From Candidatus Nealsonbacteria bacterium (GTDB lineage Bacteria > Patescibacteriota > Minisyncoccia > Minisyncoccales > RBG-13-42-11), in assembly GCA_026396115.1 (NCBI GenBank), contig JAPLXL010000006.1:1-53028 (forward strand): a stretch of 53,028 nt of DNA, written 5' to 3'. The notes beneath the pieces are model-generated. The model was not told where the DNA came from, did no database searches, and worked only from the letters and a program-made list of their open reading frames with translations. The position numbers and the translations under genes were made by a program. Shown piece after piece: positions 1-8,016 of this stretch. The number at the start of each line of letters is the position of its first letter. Positions within the stretch are counted from its first letter, which is position 1.

Positions 1-494
1 CCCCGATGATTGCTTGAATATTCTTGAGGAAAATATACAAGCTCGTCTGTATCTAGTGCCTGTCTTAAGGTATCCCATATCCAGACATGTTTTTCGGTAT
101 TGACACGAACAGGTATTAAAGGATCAGAAGGAGAACGTCTGGTTTGATAAATTTTTCCTTTCGCTGCGTGTTTAAGAATAGCTGCTTTCATTCGGTCAAT
201 AAGAAGGGGTGTTGGTATTGCCATAGGTGTTAATTCTAAACGATCAAACCCTTGTGGAACTTTTCTGCCTGCAAGCTCTCTATTATGAGCAAATAGTTCT
301 ACAACCTGTTCTTGGGTTGGCATTGGATACTCTTTTCCATCTATTCCAATCACCCCTAAACTTTCCGATCGTGGAAGTAGGGTTAAAATTCCTGTTCGGT
401 TCAATGCGGTAACGGTGCGAGCATACTCCTTCTCAAGAGGGAATAATCCTTCGGAGGGACGAGCACCTTCTAATTGTATTGTTCCTTTATCCAT
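1..494 (-). CDS. hypothetical protein, N-terminal part only (gene runs off the left edge)
   Basis: Absent from the ORF track because there is no stop inside the window. Reverse-strand reading from ATG (492-494) is open to position 1: MDKGTIQLEGARPSEGLFPLEKEYARTV...LVYFPQEYSSNHR. About 42% GC on a hand-counted line. No family recognised. Confidence 0.5.
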   Translation of the reverse strand, partial: MDKGTIQLEGARPSEGLFPLEKEYARTVTALNRTGILTLLPRSESLGVIGIDGKEYPMPTQEQVVELFAHNRELAGRKVPQGFDRLELTPMAIPTPLLIDRMKAAILKHAAKGKIYQTRRSPSDPLIPVRVNTEKHVWIWDTLRQALDTDELVYFPQEYSSNHR

Positions 495-593
495 GCACTA
501 ATGTTAACTGATGAAATGATCTAGGACAACTGATGGGTTTGACCAGTCGCCTTGTTGTGGCTGATTGTTTTAATTTCGTTTCGGGATCCGCCG

Positions 594-619
594 AAAAATC
601 GCCAAAAAGGCGATTTTTT
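594..619. other. perfect 10-bp hairpin AAAAATCGCC-aaaaa-GGCGATTTTT in the divergent intergenic region
   Basis: Inverted repeat read directly. Same stem sequence as the terminator at 4157-4184. Sits 15 nt upstream of the helicase ATG. Confidence 0.5.
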
Positions 620-633
620 GATATTATGATATT

Positions 634-3570
634 ATGCCTTTAGATTTAACAAAGTTGAATAAAGAACAAAGGGTAGCTGTGATTCATGGTAAAGGACCGC
701 TTTTAATTGTGGCAGGGGCTGGAACCGGTAAGACGACGGTTATCACCCAGAGAATAGTTTATTTGATAGAAAAAGAGGAGACTAAACCAGAAGAAATACT
801 GGCCGTAACTTTTACCGAAAAGGCGGCCGCGGAAATGGAAGAAAGGGTTGACAAGCTTTTACCCTACGGCTATGTGGATTTGTGGATTTCTACTTTCCAT
901 TCTTTCTGCGAAAGGATTTTGCGCGATTATGCCTTAGATATCGGTTTGCCGGCAGATTTTAAGATTTTAGACAACCCGGCCGGCTGGCTTTTGGTTTATC
1001 GTAATTTGGATAAATTCGATCTTAATTATTACAAACCCTTGGGAAATCCGACGAAATTTATCCAAGCTTTAATTTCTCATTTTTCCCATTGCAAAGACCA
1101 GGCGATTTATCCTGAAGATTATTTAAAATACGCTGAAAATCTAAAAACCAGGGACGATATCCCCGAAGACAATGAAACGGAGAGGATAAAAGAAGTGGCT
1201 AACGCTTATCATACTTATCAGCGTTTGCTTTTAGAGAACAGTTCTTTGGATTTCGGGGACTTGATAAATTATTGTTTGAAATTGTTTCAGGAGAGGCCGC
1301 TGATTTTGAAAAAATACAGGGAAAAATTCAAATACATTTTAGTCGATGAATTTCAGGATACAAACTGGGCGCAATACGAGCTTATAAAAGTTCTTGCTAA
1401 ACCAAAAAACAATCTGACTGTTTGCGCTGACGATGATCAGGCGATCTATTTGTGGAGATCCGCGTCTTTTAATAATATTATCCAATTCAACAAAGATTTC
1501 CCGAAAGCCAAACAAATTTCTTTGGTTAAAAACTACAGGTCTCGCCAGAATATTCTGGATTTGGCTTACAAATTCATAAAAGCCAATGATCCTGACCGCC
1601 TTGAATACGTAAACAAGATAAGCAAAAAATTGTTTTCCCAAAAAAAGGGGAAAGGCGTAATAGAACATATTTCGGCGAAAAGCTTAGACGAAGAAGTTAA
1701 TAAAACCATAACGAAGATACTGGAGATTCTTAAAAAAGACAAGGATGCCGATTATAACGATTTTGCGATTTTGGTCAGGGCAAATGACTCGGCAAATCCT
1801 TTTATTAAAGCCTTGGAGCGTACGGGCTTGCCTTACCAATTTTTGGCTTCAAAAGGGCTTTATTCAAAGCACGCTGTCTTGGATGTAATTTCATATTTTA
1901 AGCTCTTGGATAATTACCATGAAAGCCCGGCTGTTTTTAGGATTTTGAATATGCCGTTTTTGGAAATCCCGGTCGAGGATATAATGAAGCTTACCCAGTA
2001 CAGCTACAAAAGAACAAAATCGCTTTATGAGGCAATGGAAGAAATTATTTTAATCCCCGGGATCTCCCAAAAGACGCAGGAAAAAATCTCTTTTATTTTA
2101 AGCTTGATTAAAAGACACAGCGTTTTGGCGAGGGGAAAATCGGTTTCAGAAATACTGGTTGCTTTTCTGGAAGAGTCAGGATATTTGAAATACCTGATAA
2201 ATAAAGACGACAAAGAGCAGCTGGACTTGCTTAATCAATTTTATAAAAGAGTGAAGAATTTTGAGGGCACTACCATAGAGCCGACTTTAAACAACTTTAT
2301 GCGGGAAATAAATCTTGAAATAGAGTCTGGCGAAGAAGGAAAGCTTGAATTTGATCCCGAACAAGGCCCGGATATGATAAAAGTAATGACTATTCATGGA
2401 GCTAAGGGTTTAGAATTCAAATATGTTTTTTTGGTTAATATGGTAGATAAAAGATTTCCGACAATTGAAAGAAGAGATTTGATCGAGCTTCCTGAAGATT
2501 TAATCAAGGATATAAAGCCAACGGGAGACGTCCATCTGCAGGAAGAGAGGCGTATTTGCTATGTTGCCATTACCAGGGCCAAGAAAGACATCTATTTCAC
2601 TTCAGCTGAAGATTACGGCGGGGTAAGAAAAAAGAAATTATCTCGCTTTATGATTGAAATGGGGTATCAGGATAAATCCGAAATCAGAAATCCGAAATCC
2701 GAAAACGGATTGCTGAAGAAAAAACCGTCGCTTGGCGGGATAAAGCAAAAGCCAATGCCCGATTATTTGCCCGAGCATTTTTCATTTTCTCAATTAGCTG
2801 CTTTTGAAAAGTGCCCATTGCAGTATAAATTCGCTTTTATTTTGAAAGTTCCCGTAAAGGGAAAGGCGGTTTTTTCTTTCGGGAAAACGATGCACAATAC
2901 TCTATTTTTATTCTTAAAACAGGCAAATGAAAACAGTAAGGCAAACCAAAGCAATCTGTTCGGCTTTGAAGAGAAAGAAATTAAGGGCAGCAAAAAAGAG
3001 AATATTCTGAATTTGGATTATTTGATGGAATTATATGAGAAAAATTGGATTGGCGAATGGTATGAAAATAAAAAACAAAAGGAGGAATATTACAATCTCG
3101 GAAAGAAGATAATAAAAGATTTTCACGGAGAATTATCAAAAAATCCACCGAAGATTTTAAAAATAGACAGTGGCTTTGCTCTGGAAATGCCGTTTAATTT
3201 AAAAATAGGGGAACATACTTTATTCGGAATTATAGATCGCATTGACGAAATGGAAAGCGGAGTAAAAATTATTGACTACAAAACCGGCCATTCAAAAGAT
3301 AAATTGGACTTGGACGACAAAAAGCAGCTGTTGATTTATCAGATAGCGGCCGAAGAAGTTTTGAAAATAAGCCCGAGAGAGCTGGTTTATTATTATTTGG
3401 AAGACGGGAAAAAAGCGTCGTTTTTGGGAACGGAAAAAGAAAAAGAGAAATTGAAGGAAAAAATACTGGCAGAAATAGAGGAAATAAAAACCAGCGATTT
3501 CAAGCCGACTCCCGGCTGGCAATGCGCTTTCTGCGATTTCAAAGATATTTGCGACTCGGTCGAGAGATGA
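634..3570 (+). CDS. UvrD/PcrA-family SF1 helicase fused to a C-terminal PD-(D/E)XK, 4-Cys (AddB/Cas4-like) nuclease domain
   Basis: Helicase motifs: Walker A AGAGTGKTT, DEFQDTN, VKNYRS, TIHGAKGLEF, YVAITRAK. C-terminal region has IIDRIDEM...IIDYKTG plus Cys in EKCPLQY and CAFCDFKDIC. Confidence 0.9.
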   Translation: MPLDLTKLNKEQRVAVIHGKGPLLIVAGAGTGKTTVITQRIVYLIEKEETKPEEILAVTFTEKAAAEMEERVDKLLPYGYVDLWISTFHSFCERILRDYALDIGLPADFKILDNPAGWLLVYRNLDKFDLNYYKPLGNPTKFIQALISHFSHCKDQAIYPEDYLKYAENLKTRDDIPEDNETERIKEVANAYHTYQRLLLENSSLDFGDLINYCLKLFQERPLILKKYREKFKYILVDEFQDTNWAQYELIKVLAKPKNNLTVCADDDQAIYLWRSASFNNIIQFNKDFPKAKQISLVKNYRSRQNILDLAYKFIKANDPDRLEYVNKISKKLFSQKKGKGVIEHISAKSLDEEVNKTITKILEILKKDKDADYNDFAILVRANDSANPFIKALERTGLPYQFLASKGLYSKHAVLDVISYFKLLDNYHESPAVFRILNMPFLEIPVEDIMKLTQYSYKRTKSLYEAMEEIILIPGISQKTQEKISFILSLIKRHSVLARGKSVSEILVAFLEESGYLKYLINKDDKEQLDLLNQFYKRVKNFEGTTIEPTLNNFMREINLEIESGEEGKLEFDPEQGPDMIKVMTIHGAKGLEFKYVFLVNMVDKRFPTIERRDLIELPEDLIKDIKPTGDVHLQEERRICYVAITRAKKDIYFTSAEDYGGVRKKKLSRFMIEMGYQDKSEIRNPKSENGLLKKKPSLGGIKQKPMPDYLPEHFSFSQLAAFEKCPLQYKFAFILKVPVKGKAVFSFGKTMHNTLFLFLKQANENSKANQSNLFGFEEKEIKGSKKENILNLDYLMELYEKNWIGEWYENKKQKEEYYNLGKKIIKDFHGELSKNPPKILKIDSGFALEMPFNLKIGEHTLFGIIDRIDEMESGVKIIDYKTGHSKDKLDLDDKKQLLIYQIAAEEVLKISPRELVYYYLEDGKKASFLGTEKEKEKLKEKILAEIEEIKTSDFKPTPGWQCAFCDFKDICDSVER

Positions 3571-3732
3571 TTTTTTGACATTTATAATCGGAGTCTAAGA
3601 TTGGCTGGCATTATACAGGGGGTTGATTTTTTATAAATAATAATATAGCATAAAATGGTAAGTTTCTTATTTCTTTTTTCTTACGTAGAAAATATGTAGG
3701 TTTTTAGAGAAAAAAAAGAGGGTCGACTTACT

Positions 3733-3789
3733 TACCGAGCTTCCGTTTATGGAAGCGAAGTCGAAGAAGAGGATGAAGTCCTCTTCGCC
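3733..3789. repeat. palindromic repeat family copy R1 (arm type II), in the 5' UTR of the RRM gene
   Basis: TACCGAGCTTCCgtttatGGAAGCGAAGTCGAAGAAGAGGAtgaagTCCTCTTCGCC. Its reverse complement closely matches 22610-22665. Confidence 0.8.
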
Positions 3790-3812
3790 TATTAAAATTT
3801 AAAGAGAGCATT

Positions 3813-4148
3813 ATGGCAAAAAAACTATACGTAGGCGGTTTGTCTTATAATACGACCGAAGATACTTTGCGAGATACATTTTCTAAAGCTGGCACCGTCG
3901 AATCGGCAGCTATAATTATTGATAAAATGTCCGGGCGTTCAAAAGGATTCGGTTTTGTTGAGATGTCTTCTGATGAAGAAGCACAAAAAGCTATTAAAAT
4001 GTTTAATGAAAAAGAGCTTGATGGCCGCAAAATTATAGTCAACGAAGCCCGTCCCATGGAGTCGCGACCTCGAGGAGAGTCTGACCGTGGCGATCGAGGA
4101 GGTTTTGGCAGAAATCGTTTTGGCGGAAGTCGTAGAAACGAATGGTAA
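3813..4148 (+). CDS. RRM-type RNA-binding protein with RG-rich tail
   Basis: RNP-2 LYVGGL and RNP-1 KGFGFVEM motifs. C-terminal RGESDRGDRGGFGRNRFGG. Confidence 0.9.
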   Translation: MAKKLYVGGLSYNTTEDTLRDTFSKAGTVESAAIIIDKMSGRSKGFGFVEMSSDEEAQKAIKMFNEKELDGRKIIVNEARPMESRPRGESDRGDRGGFGRNRFGGSRRNEW

Positions 4149-4156
4149 AAATCCAC

Positions 4157-4184
4157 AAAAAATCGCCTTCTCGGCGATTTTTTG
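4157..4184 (+). terminator. rho-independent terminator after the RRM gene
   Basis: AAAAAATCGCC-ttctc-GGCGATTTTTT, which is a stem followed by a T-run. Confidence 0.7.
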
Positions 4185-4219
4185 GTAGAATGGAATAATT
4201 ATTCGCCTGATTCACATTT

Positions 4220-5353
4220 ATGAAAATTTTAATTAGTTCATTAACATATCCTTTGCCCAACGGCGTGACTGTTTCAATAGACGCAAGCGTTGACGGCCTT
4301 ATTGCAGAGGGATATAAGACTCTTATTGTGGCTCCAAGATATAAGACTATTAAACATAGGCCTGAACATTGTCAAGTGCCTTCCTCATCTGTGGCCCGAG
4401 CTATTGGTTCTTTGATCGGGAAAGAGGAAAGAACTTTTGGTGTTACAGCTCGCTACCATATAGAGAAAATTGCAAAAGAGTTTAAGCCGGATATTTACTG
4501 GCTTCATACTTTAACTTGGGCTCCGAACGCTTTTGAATTGCATATGCTTAAATCAAAAAAGCCAAAAGTGCTTTCTTATCATACTTTAGTTGAAGAATAC
4601 GGCAGAATGTACGGAGGAAAAATTGGAGCCGATCTGATGCGCCGACGATCTAAATCGGTTGCCGATAAAATGGATGCAGTCATTGTTCCCAGCAAAGTAA
4701 TTGAACAAAAATTACGCGAATACGGCGTAGTCAAACCAATATATGTTATACCCACCGGTATAAATATTGTTAAAGATTATTTTACCAAAGAAGAACTATG
4801 CGCAAAATTCAGCCTTCCTCCGAATTCAAAAATTCTGCTTTATGTGGGAAGAGTGTGTAAAGAAAAAAATATAGAGGCACTTTTAAAAATGATGGGAGAG
4901 ATTAAAAAGAAAGACAGCAATATATTTTTACTAATTGTCGGACCCGGAGAGATTGAGAAATTTAAAAACACTGTTCAAAACATGAATATAGCAGACAGAG
5001 TTATTTTTGCCGGCTTTTTTCCTGCAAAAGAGACGCAGAGAATGTACGGAGGCAGCGATGTTTTTGTTTTTTCTTCAAAAAGCGAAACGCAAGGGCTTGT
5101 TATTGGAGAAGCAATGATGGCCGAAATACCGGTAGTAGCTCTTGAATCGCAAATTCAGCCGGAAATTTATCCAGAGAGCTTATCTGTTGTGGTTAAAAAT
5201 GAATCACAATTTTCAACTGCAGTTTTGGATATTCTCAAGAATTGCAAAAAAAGAGACGAGATGGTAAAAAAGGCAAAGGAATTTGTTTTGGAAAACTTTT
5301 CGCGGGGAGCAATGACCAAAAAACAAAAAAAATTATTTACCAAGCTTTTGTGA
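4220..5353 (+). CDS. GT4/GT1-family glycosyltransferase
   Basis: 377 aa. C-terminal GT-B signature FSSKSETQGLVIGEAMMAEIPVVA. Confidence 0.8.
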   Translation: MKILISSLTYPLPNGVTVSIDASVDGLIAEGYKTLIVAPRYKTIKHRPEHCQVPSSSVARAIGSLIGKEERTFGVTARYHIEKIAKEFKPDIYWLHTLTWAPNAFELHMLKSKKPKVLSYHTLVEEYGRMYGGKIGADLMRRRSKSVADKMDAVIVPSKVIEQKLREYGVVKPIYVIPTGINIVKDYFTKEELCAKFSLPPNSKILLYVGRVCKEKNIEALLKMMGEIKKKDSNIFLLIVGPGEIEKFKNTVQNMNIADRVIFAGFFPAKETQRMYGGSDVFVFSSKSETQGLVIGEAMMAEIPVVALESQIQPEIYPESLSVVVKNESQFSTAVLDILKNCKKRDEMVKKAKEFVLENFSRGAMTKKQKKLFTKLL

Positions 5354-5395
5354 AGCAAAAGCGAAGGTGGAAAAGAGAACGAAGTTCTTTTTGAC
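5354..5395. repeat. palindromic repeat family copy R2 (degenerate, arm type I)
   Basis: AGCAAAAGCGAAGGTGGAAAAGAGAACgaaGTTCTTTTTGAC starts at the stop codon of the glycosyltransferase gene. Confidence 0.55.
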
Positions 5396-5438
5396 TTAAA
5401 AATCCATAACAAATAAAAGGTTTGATATATCAAAGAGG

Positions 5439-5466
5439 TTTACAAAAATTTAGTGCGGGTTATACT
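5439..5466 (+). promoter_or_regulatory. sigma70-like promoter of ftsZ, geometry implies a leaderless mRNA
   Basis: TTTACA, 16-nt spacer, TATACT. The ATG at 5473 begins 7 nt after the -10 hexamer. Confidence 0.5.
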
Positions 5467-5472
5467 AAGATA

Positions 5473-7038
5473 ATGGCTAAAAATCTTAAGAAAAAGTCAA
5501 CCACCAAGCTTTCGAAGAAAGCGAAGGTGAAGAAGAGAACAAAGTTCTCTTCGCCCACCGAGCTTCTTAAAGAAGCGAGGGTGGACGAGAAAATAAAAAA
5601 GACCAAAATCAGGATAATTGGCATTGGCGGCGGAGGCGGAAACATTGTTTCTGAAATTGCTTCAGAAATATCGAAAGCCAGTTTTATTGTAGCCAACACG
5701 GATATCAAATCGTTAAAAAGCTGCAGCAAGAAGGTGACAAAATTTCAATTTGGCCAGAATTTAACTCATGGCTTGGGCACCGGGATGAATCCTGAGTTGG
5801 GGAAAGCTGCCGCTCAAAGCGAAAAAGAGAGAATAAAAAAGCTTCTAGAGGGTCAGGATTTGTGCATTTTGGTTGTTTGTTTGGGTGGCGGAACGGGATC
5901 CGGAGCCGTTTCAACTTTTGCCAAAATTTCCAAAAACCTGGCTAATCTTACTTACGGAATTTTCACTTTACCGTTTAAGTTTGAAGGAGAAAAGAAAATG
6001 GAAATTGCCATAAATTCTTTAAAAGAAGCAAAGAATCATTTAAACGCAATTACTATTATTCCCAATGAAAAAGTTTTTCAGGTAATTTCCAAAGATACCC
6101 CTCTCAAAGAGGCCTTATCCACCATTAATAAATTTTTGTCTGAAAGTTTGAAGGGACTTATTGAAACAATTTATGAGCCGGGTTTAATAAATATTGATTT
6201 TGCCGATTTAAAAACCATCTTGGAGGGCAGGGGAAGGCTTGCTTATTTAAATACTATTGAGGCACAGCAGAAAGAAGGCGCAATCAAGGATATTGCGGCA
6301 AAAGTGCTTAATTCTCCTTTATATCCTTACACCATTCGGGGAGCAAAAGGAGTTTTGTTTAATATTGCCGGAGAAAAAAACCTTTCTCTCGCTGATGTTA
6401 GTCAAATATCAAAGGCAATTTCTGAGTTGGTAAATCCAGAAGCAAAAATTATTTTTGGAATTTCTCAACACAAAAAGTATTCCAATATTATAAAAACTGT
6501 TTTATTGGCTACAGGTTGCGGGATGAAGATTTTTTCTTCGCCTACCAAGTTTCCGAAGGGAGCGAAGGTTAAAAAGACTTTGCCTACCAAAAAGAAAAAA
6601 AGAAGAGAGAGGAAAGAAGGAAAAGTCAAAAAAGGTTCCTTTTCCTCCACCTCAGCTAAAGCTTCGGTAATTGAAGAGCCCCAGAAGGAAAACCTTCGGT
6701 TTCCTACGGGGCAGGCAAAAGTTGAAAAACCAAAGGTTGGAACAAAAGAACAAGAGAAGACGCCTCCCAAAAAAGTGAAAATTAGGAGGGCGAAGAAAAT
6801 AGATTTTCTTCTTCCACCTTCGCTGTTGCTCGGGAGCACAAAAAAACCAAGAGAAGAAAAATCTCAAGAATCGAAAGAAAAAGAAAAAGAGACAATAGTT
6901 CTAAGCAACAACGAAGAAAAGGTAAGAAAAAACGGCCTCCAGATTAAAAAAGAAGCCGAAGAGCTTGAGAAAGAAATGATTGAAAAAGAAAAAATTTGGG
7001 AAACGCCGGCGTTTTTAAGAAAAAAATTAATTAAATAA
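5473..7038 (+). CDS. ftsZ: cell division protein FtsZ with repeat-derived N-terminal extension and long K-rich C-terminal linker
   Basis: GIGGGGGN, GLGTGMNPELG, GGGTGSGA and the terminal WETPAFLRKK peptide. The ORF-track start at 5422 is a TTG; the ATG at 5473 is preferred. Confidence 0.93.
   Translation: MAKNLKKKSTTKLSKKAKVKKRTKFSSPTELLKEARVDEKIKKTKIRIIGIGGGGGNIVSEIASEISKASFIVANTDIKSLKSCSKKVTKFQFGQNLTHGLGTGMNPELGKAAAQSEKERIKKLLEGQDLCILVVCLGGGTGSGAVSTFAKISKNLANLTYGIFTLPFKFEGEKKMEIAINSLKEAKNHLNAITIIPNEKVFQVISKDTPLKEALSTINKFLSESLKGLIETIYEPGLINIDFADLKTILEGRGRLAYLNTIEAQQKEGAIKDIAAKVLNSPLYPYTIRGAKGVLFNIAGEKNLSLADVSQISKAISELVNPEAKIIFGISQHKKYSNIIKTVLLATGCGMKIFSSPTKFPKGAKVKKTLPTKKKKRRERKEGKVKKGSFSSTSAKASVIEEPQKENLRFPTGQAKVEKPKVGTKEQEKTPPKKVKIRRAKKIDFLLPPSLLLGSTKKPREEKSQESKEKEKETIVLSNNEEKVRKNGLQIKKEAEELEKEMIEKEKIWETPAFLRKKLIK
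5505..5584. repeat. palindromic repeat family copy R3 (composite, arms I+II), in frame in the ftsZ 5' end
   Basis: ...AGCGAAGGTGAAGAAGAGAACaaaGTTCTCTTCGCCCACCGAGCTTCttaaaGAAGCGAGGGTGG. Encodes KAKVKKRTKFSSPTELLKEARV. Confidence 0.75.
6525..6587. repeat. palindromic repeat family copy R4 (arm II), in frame in the ftsZ linker
   Basis: GAAGAtttttTCTTCGCCTACCAAGTTTCCgaaGGGAGCGAAGG plus a degenerate second unit. Encodes SSPTKFPKGAKVKK. Confidence 0.7.
6619..6669. repeat. palindromic repeat family copy R5 (arm III), in frame in the ftsZ linker
   Basis: GGAAAAG...CTTTTCCTCCACCTCAGCTAAAGCTTCGGTA. Encodes FSSTSAKASV. Confidence 0.75.
6786..6836. repeat. palindromic repeat family copy R6 (arm I), in frame in the ftsZ linker
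   Basis: GAGGGCGAAGAAAatagatTTTCTTCTTCCACCTTCGCTGTTGCTCGGGAG. The arms are identical to those of 16356-16406. Confidence 0.85.
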
Positions 7039-7041
7039 CCA

Positions 7042-7135
7042 TACGAATTACGAATTACTACGAATATACGAATATTTTATTCGTAATTATTCGTAGCCGA
7101 AAGCGCAGATTCGTAAATTCGTACGACGCTTTCGG
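7042..7135. repeat. array of four TACGAAT heptamers followed by four inverted ATTCGTA heptamers, plus an enclosing CCGAAAGCG/CGCTTTCGG stem
   Basis: ACGAAT starts at 7043, 7050, 7060 and 7068. ATTCGTA lies at 7079-7085, 7089-7095, 7109-7115 and 7117-7123. The outer stem is 7097-7105 with 7127-7135 and ends 1 nt before the nnrD ATG. Confidence 0.8.
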
Positions 7136-7136
7136 T

Positions 7137-8006
7137 ATGATAAAAGTAACCAAAAACATTTTAAAAGATATTTATAAACCAAGACCGTTAGATGCCAGGA
7201 AATATGATTTCGGGCTTTTGCTGGTCATTGGCGGCTCGGATTTTTACTCTGGCTCACCGGCTCTGTCAGCCATGGCAGCTTTCAGGAGTGGAGTTGATAT
7301 GGTAAGAATTATTGCTCCCAAAAGAGCAGCCGATATTATTGCTTCTTTTTCTCCAAATTTAGCAGCTTATCCCTTAGAGGGAAAATGGTTAACCAAAGAA
7401 CATCTGGCAACCTTAATTTCTATGACCGAATCAGCCAAAGTAGTGTCTGGGGGAAATACGGCCGTGGTTATTGGCGGAGGAATGGGTAGAACAGAAGAAA
7501 CCCAAGAAGCAATTTTAGAATATCTTTCTCAAGTTCAGGTGCCTGTAGTGATAGACGCCGATGCCATTCATGCTATTGGCAAAAGACCAGAATTGATTTC
7601 AGGTAAAAACTTTTTAATTACCCCCCACACCTATGAATTTTTTGTTCTGACGGGAAAACAAGTTTATAAACTGCCGGACAAAGAAAAGATAAAAGTGGTT
7701 CAAGAAGAAGCTGCTCGTCTTGGAGCTACAATTTTACTTAAAGGGAAATTAGATATTATTTCAGACGGTAAAGAGGTGGCCATAAATAATACTGGCAGTC
7801 CTTTGCTTACTGTGGGAGGTATGGGGGATACGCTGGCTGGAATTGCGGGAGCCTTAATGGCAAGAGGCACAAACATCTTTGAAGCAGGATGCGCAGCTGC
7901 TTATATAAATGGGTTAGCCGGAGAGCTAGTCGGAAAAAAACTTGGGGAATCCATGACAGCCACCGATTTAATTGAAGCAATTCCTGAGGTTTTATCTAAT
8001 ATCTAG
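7137..8006 (+). CDS. nnrD: ADP-dependent NAD(P)H-hydrate dehydratase (YjeF C-terminal family)
   Basis: 289 aa. Carbohydrate-kinase-like fold motifs VVIGGGMG and GGMGDTLAGIAGALMA. Confidence 0.85.
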   Translation: MIKVTKNILKDIYKPRPLDARKYDFGLLLVIGGSDFYSGSPALSAMAAFRSGVDMVRIIAPKRAADIIASFSPNLAAYPLEGKWLTKEHLATLISMTESAKVVSGGNTAVVIGGGMGRTEETQEAILEYLSQVQVPVVIDADAIHAIGKRPELISGKNFLITPHTYEFFVLTGKQVYKLPDKEKIKVVQEEAARLGATILLKGKLDIISDGKEVAINNTGSPLLTVGGMGDTLAGIAGALMARGTNIFEAGCAAAYINGLAGELVGKKLGESMTATDLIEAIPEVLSNI

Positions 8007-8016
8007 ATAGTATCTT

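Noticed and set aside
2674-2708. Heptamer repeat (AAATCCG AAATCAG AAATCCG AAATCCG AAAACGG) in the helicase gene as a phase-variation tract
   Set aside because: Only two perfect adjacent units are present. That is too short for efficient slippage, and the frame is intact. It is noted only as the interdomain linker.
3568-3570. TGA recoding (genetic code 4 or 25), as seen in some candidate phyla
   Set aside because: TGA terminates several conserved genes at the expected lengths (the helicase, the glycosyltransferase, Rrf2, acs, rplY). No conserved gene needs read-through of an in-frame TGA.
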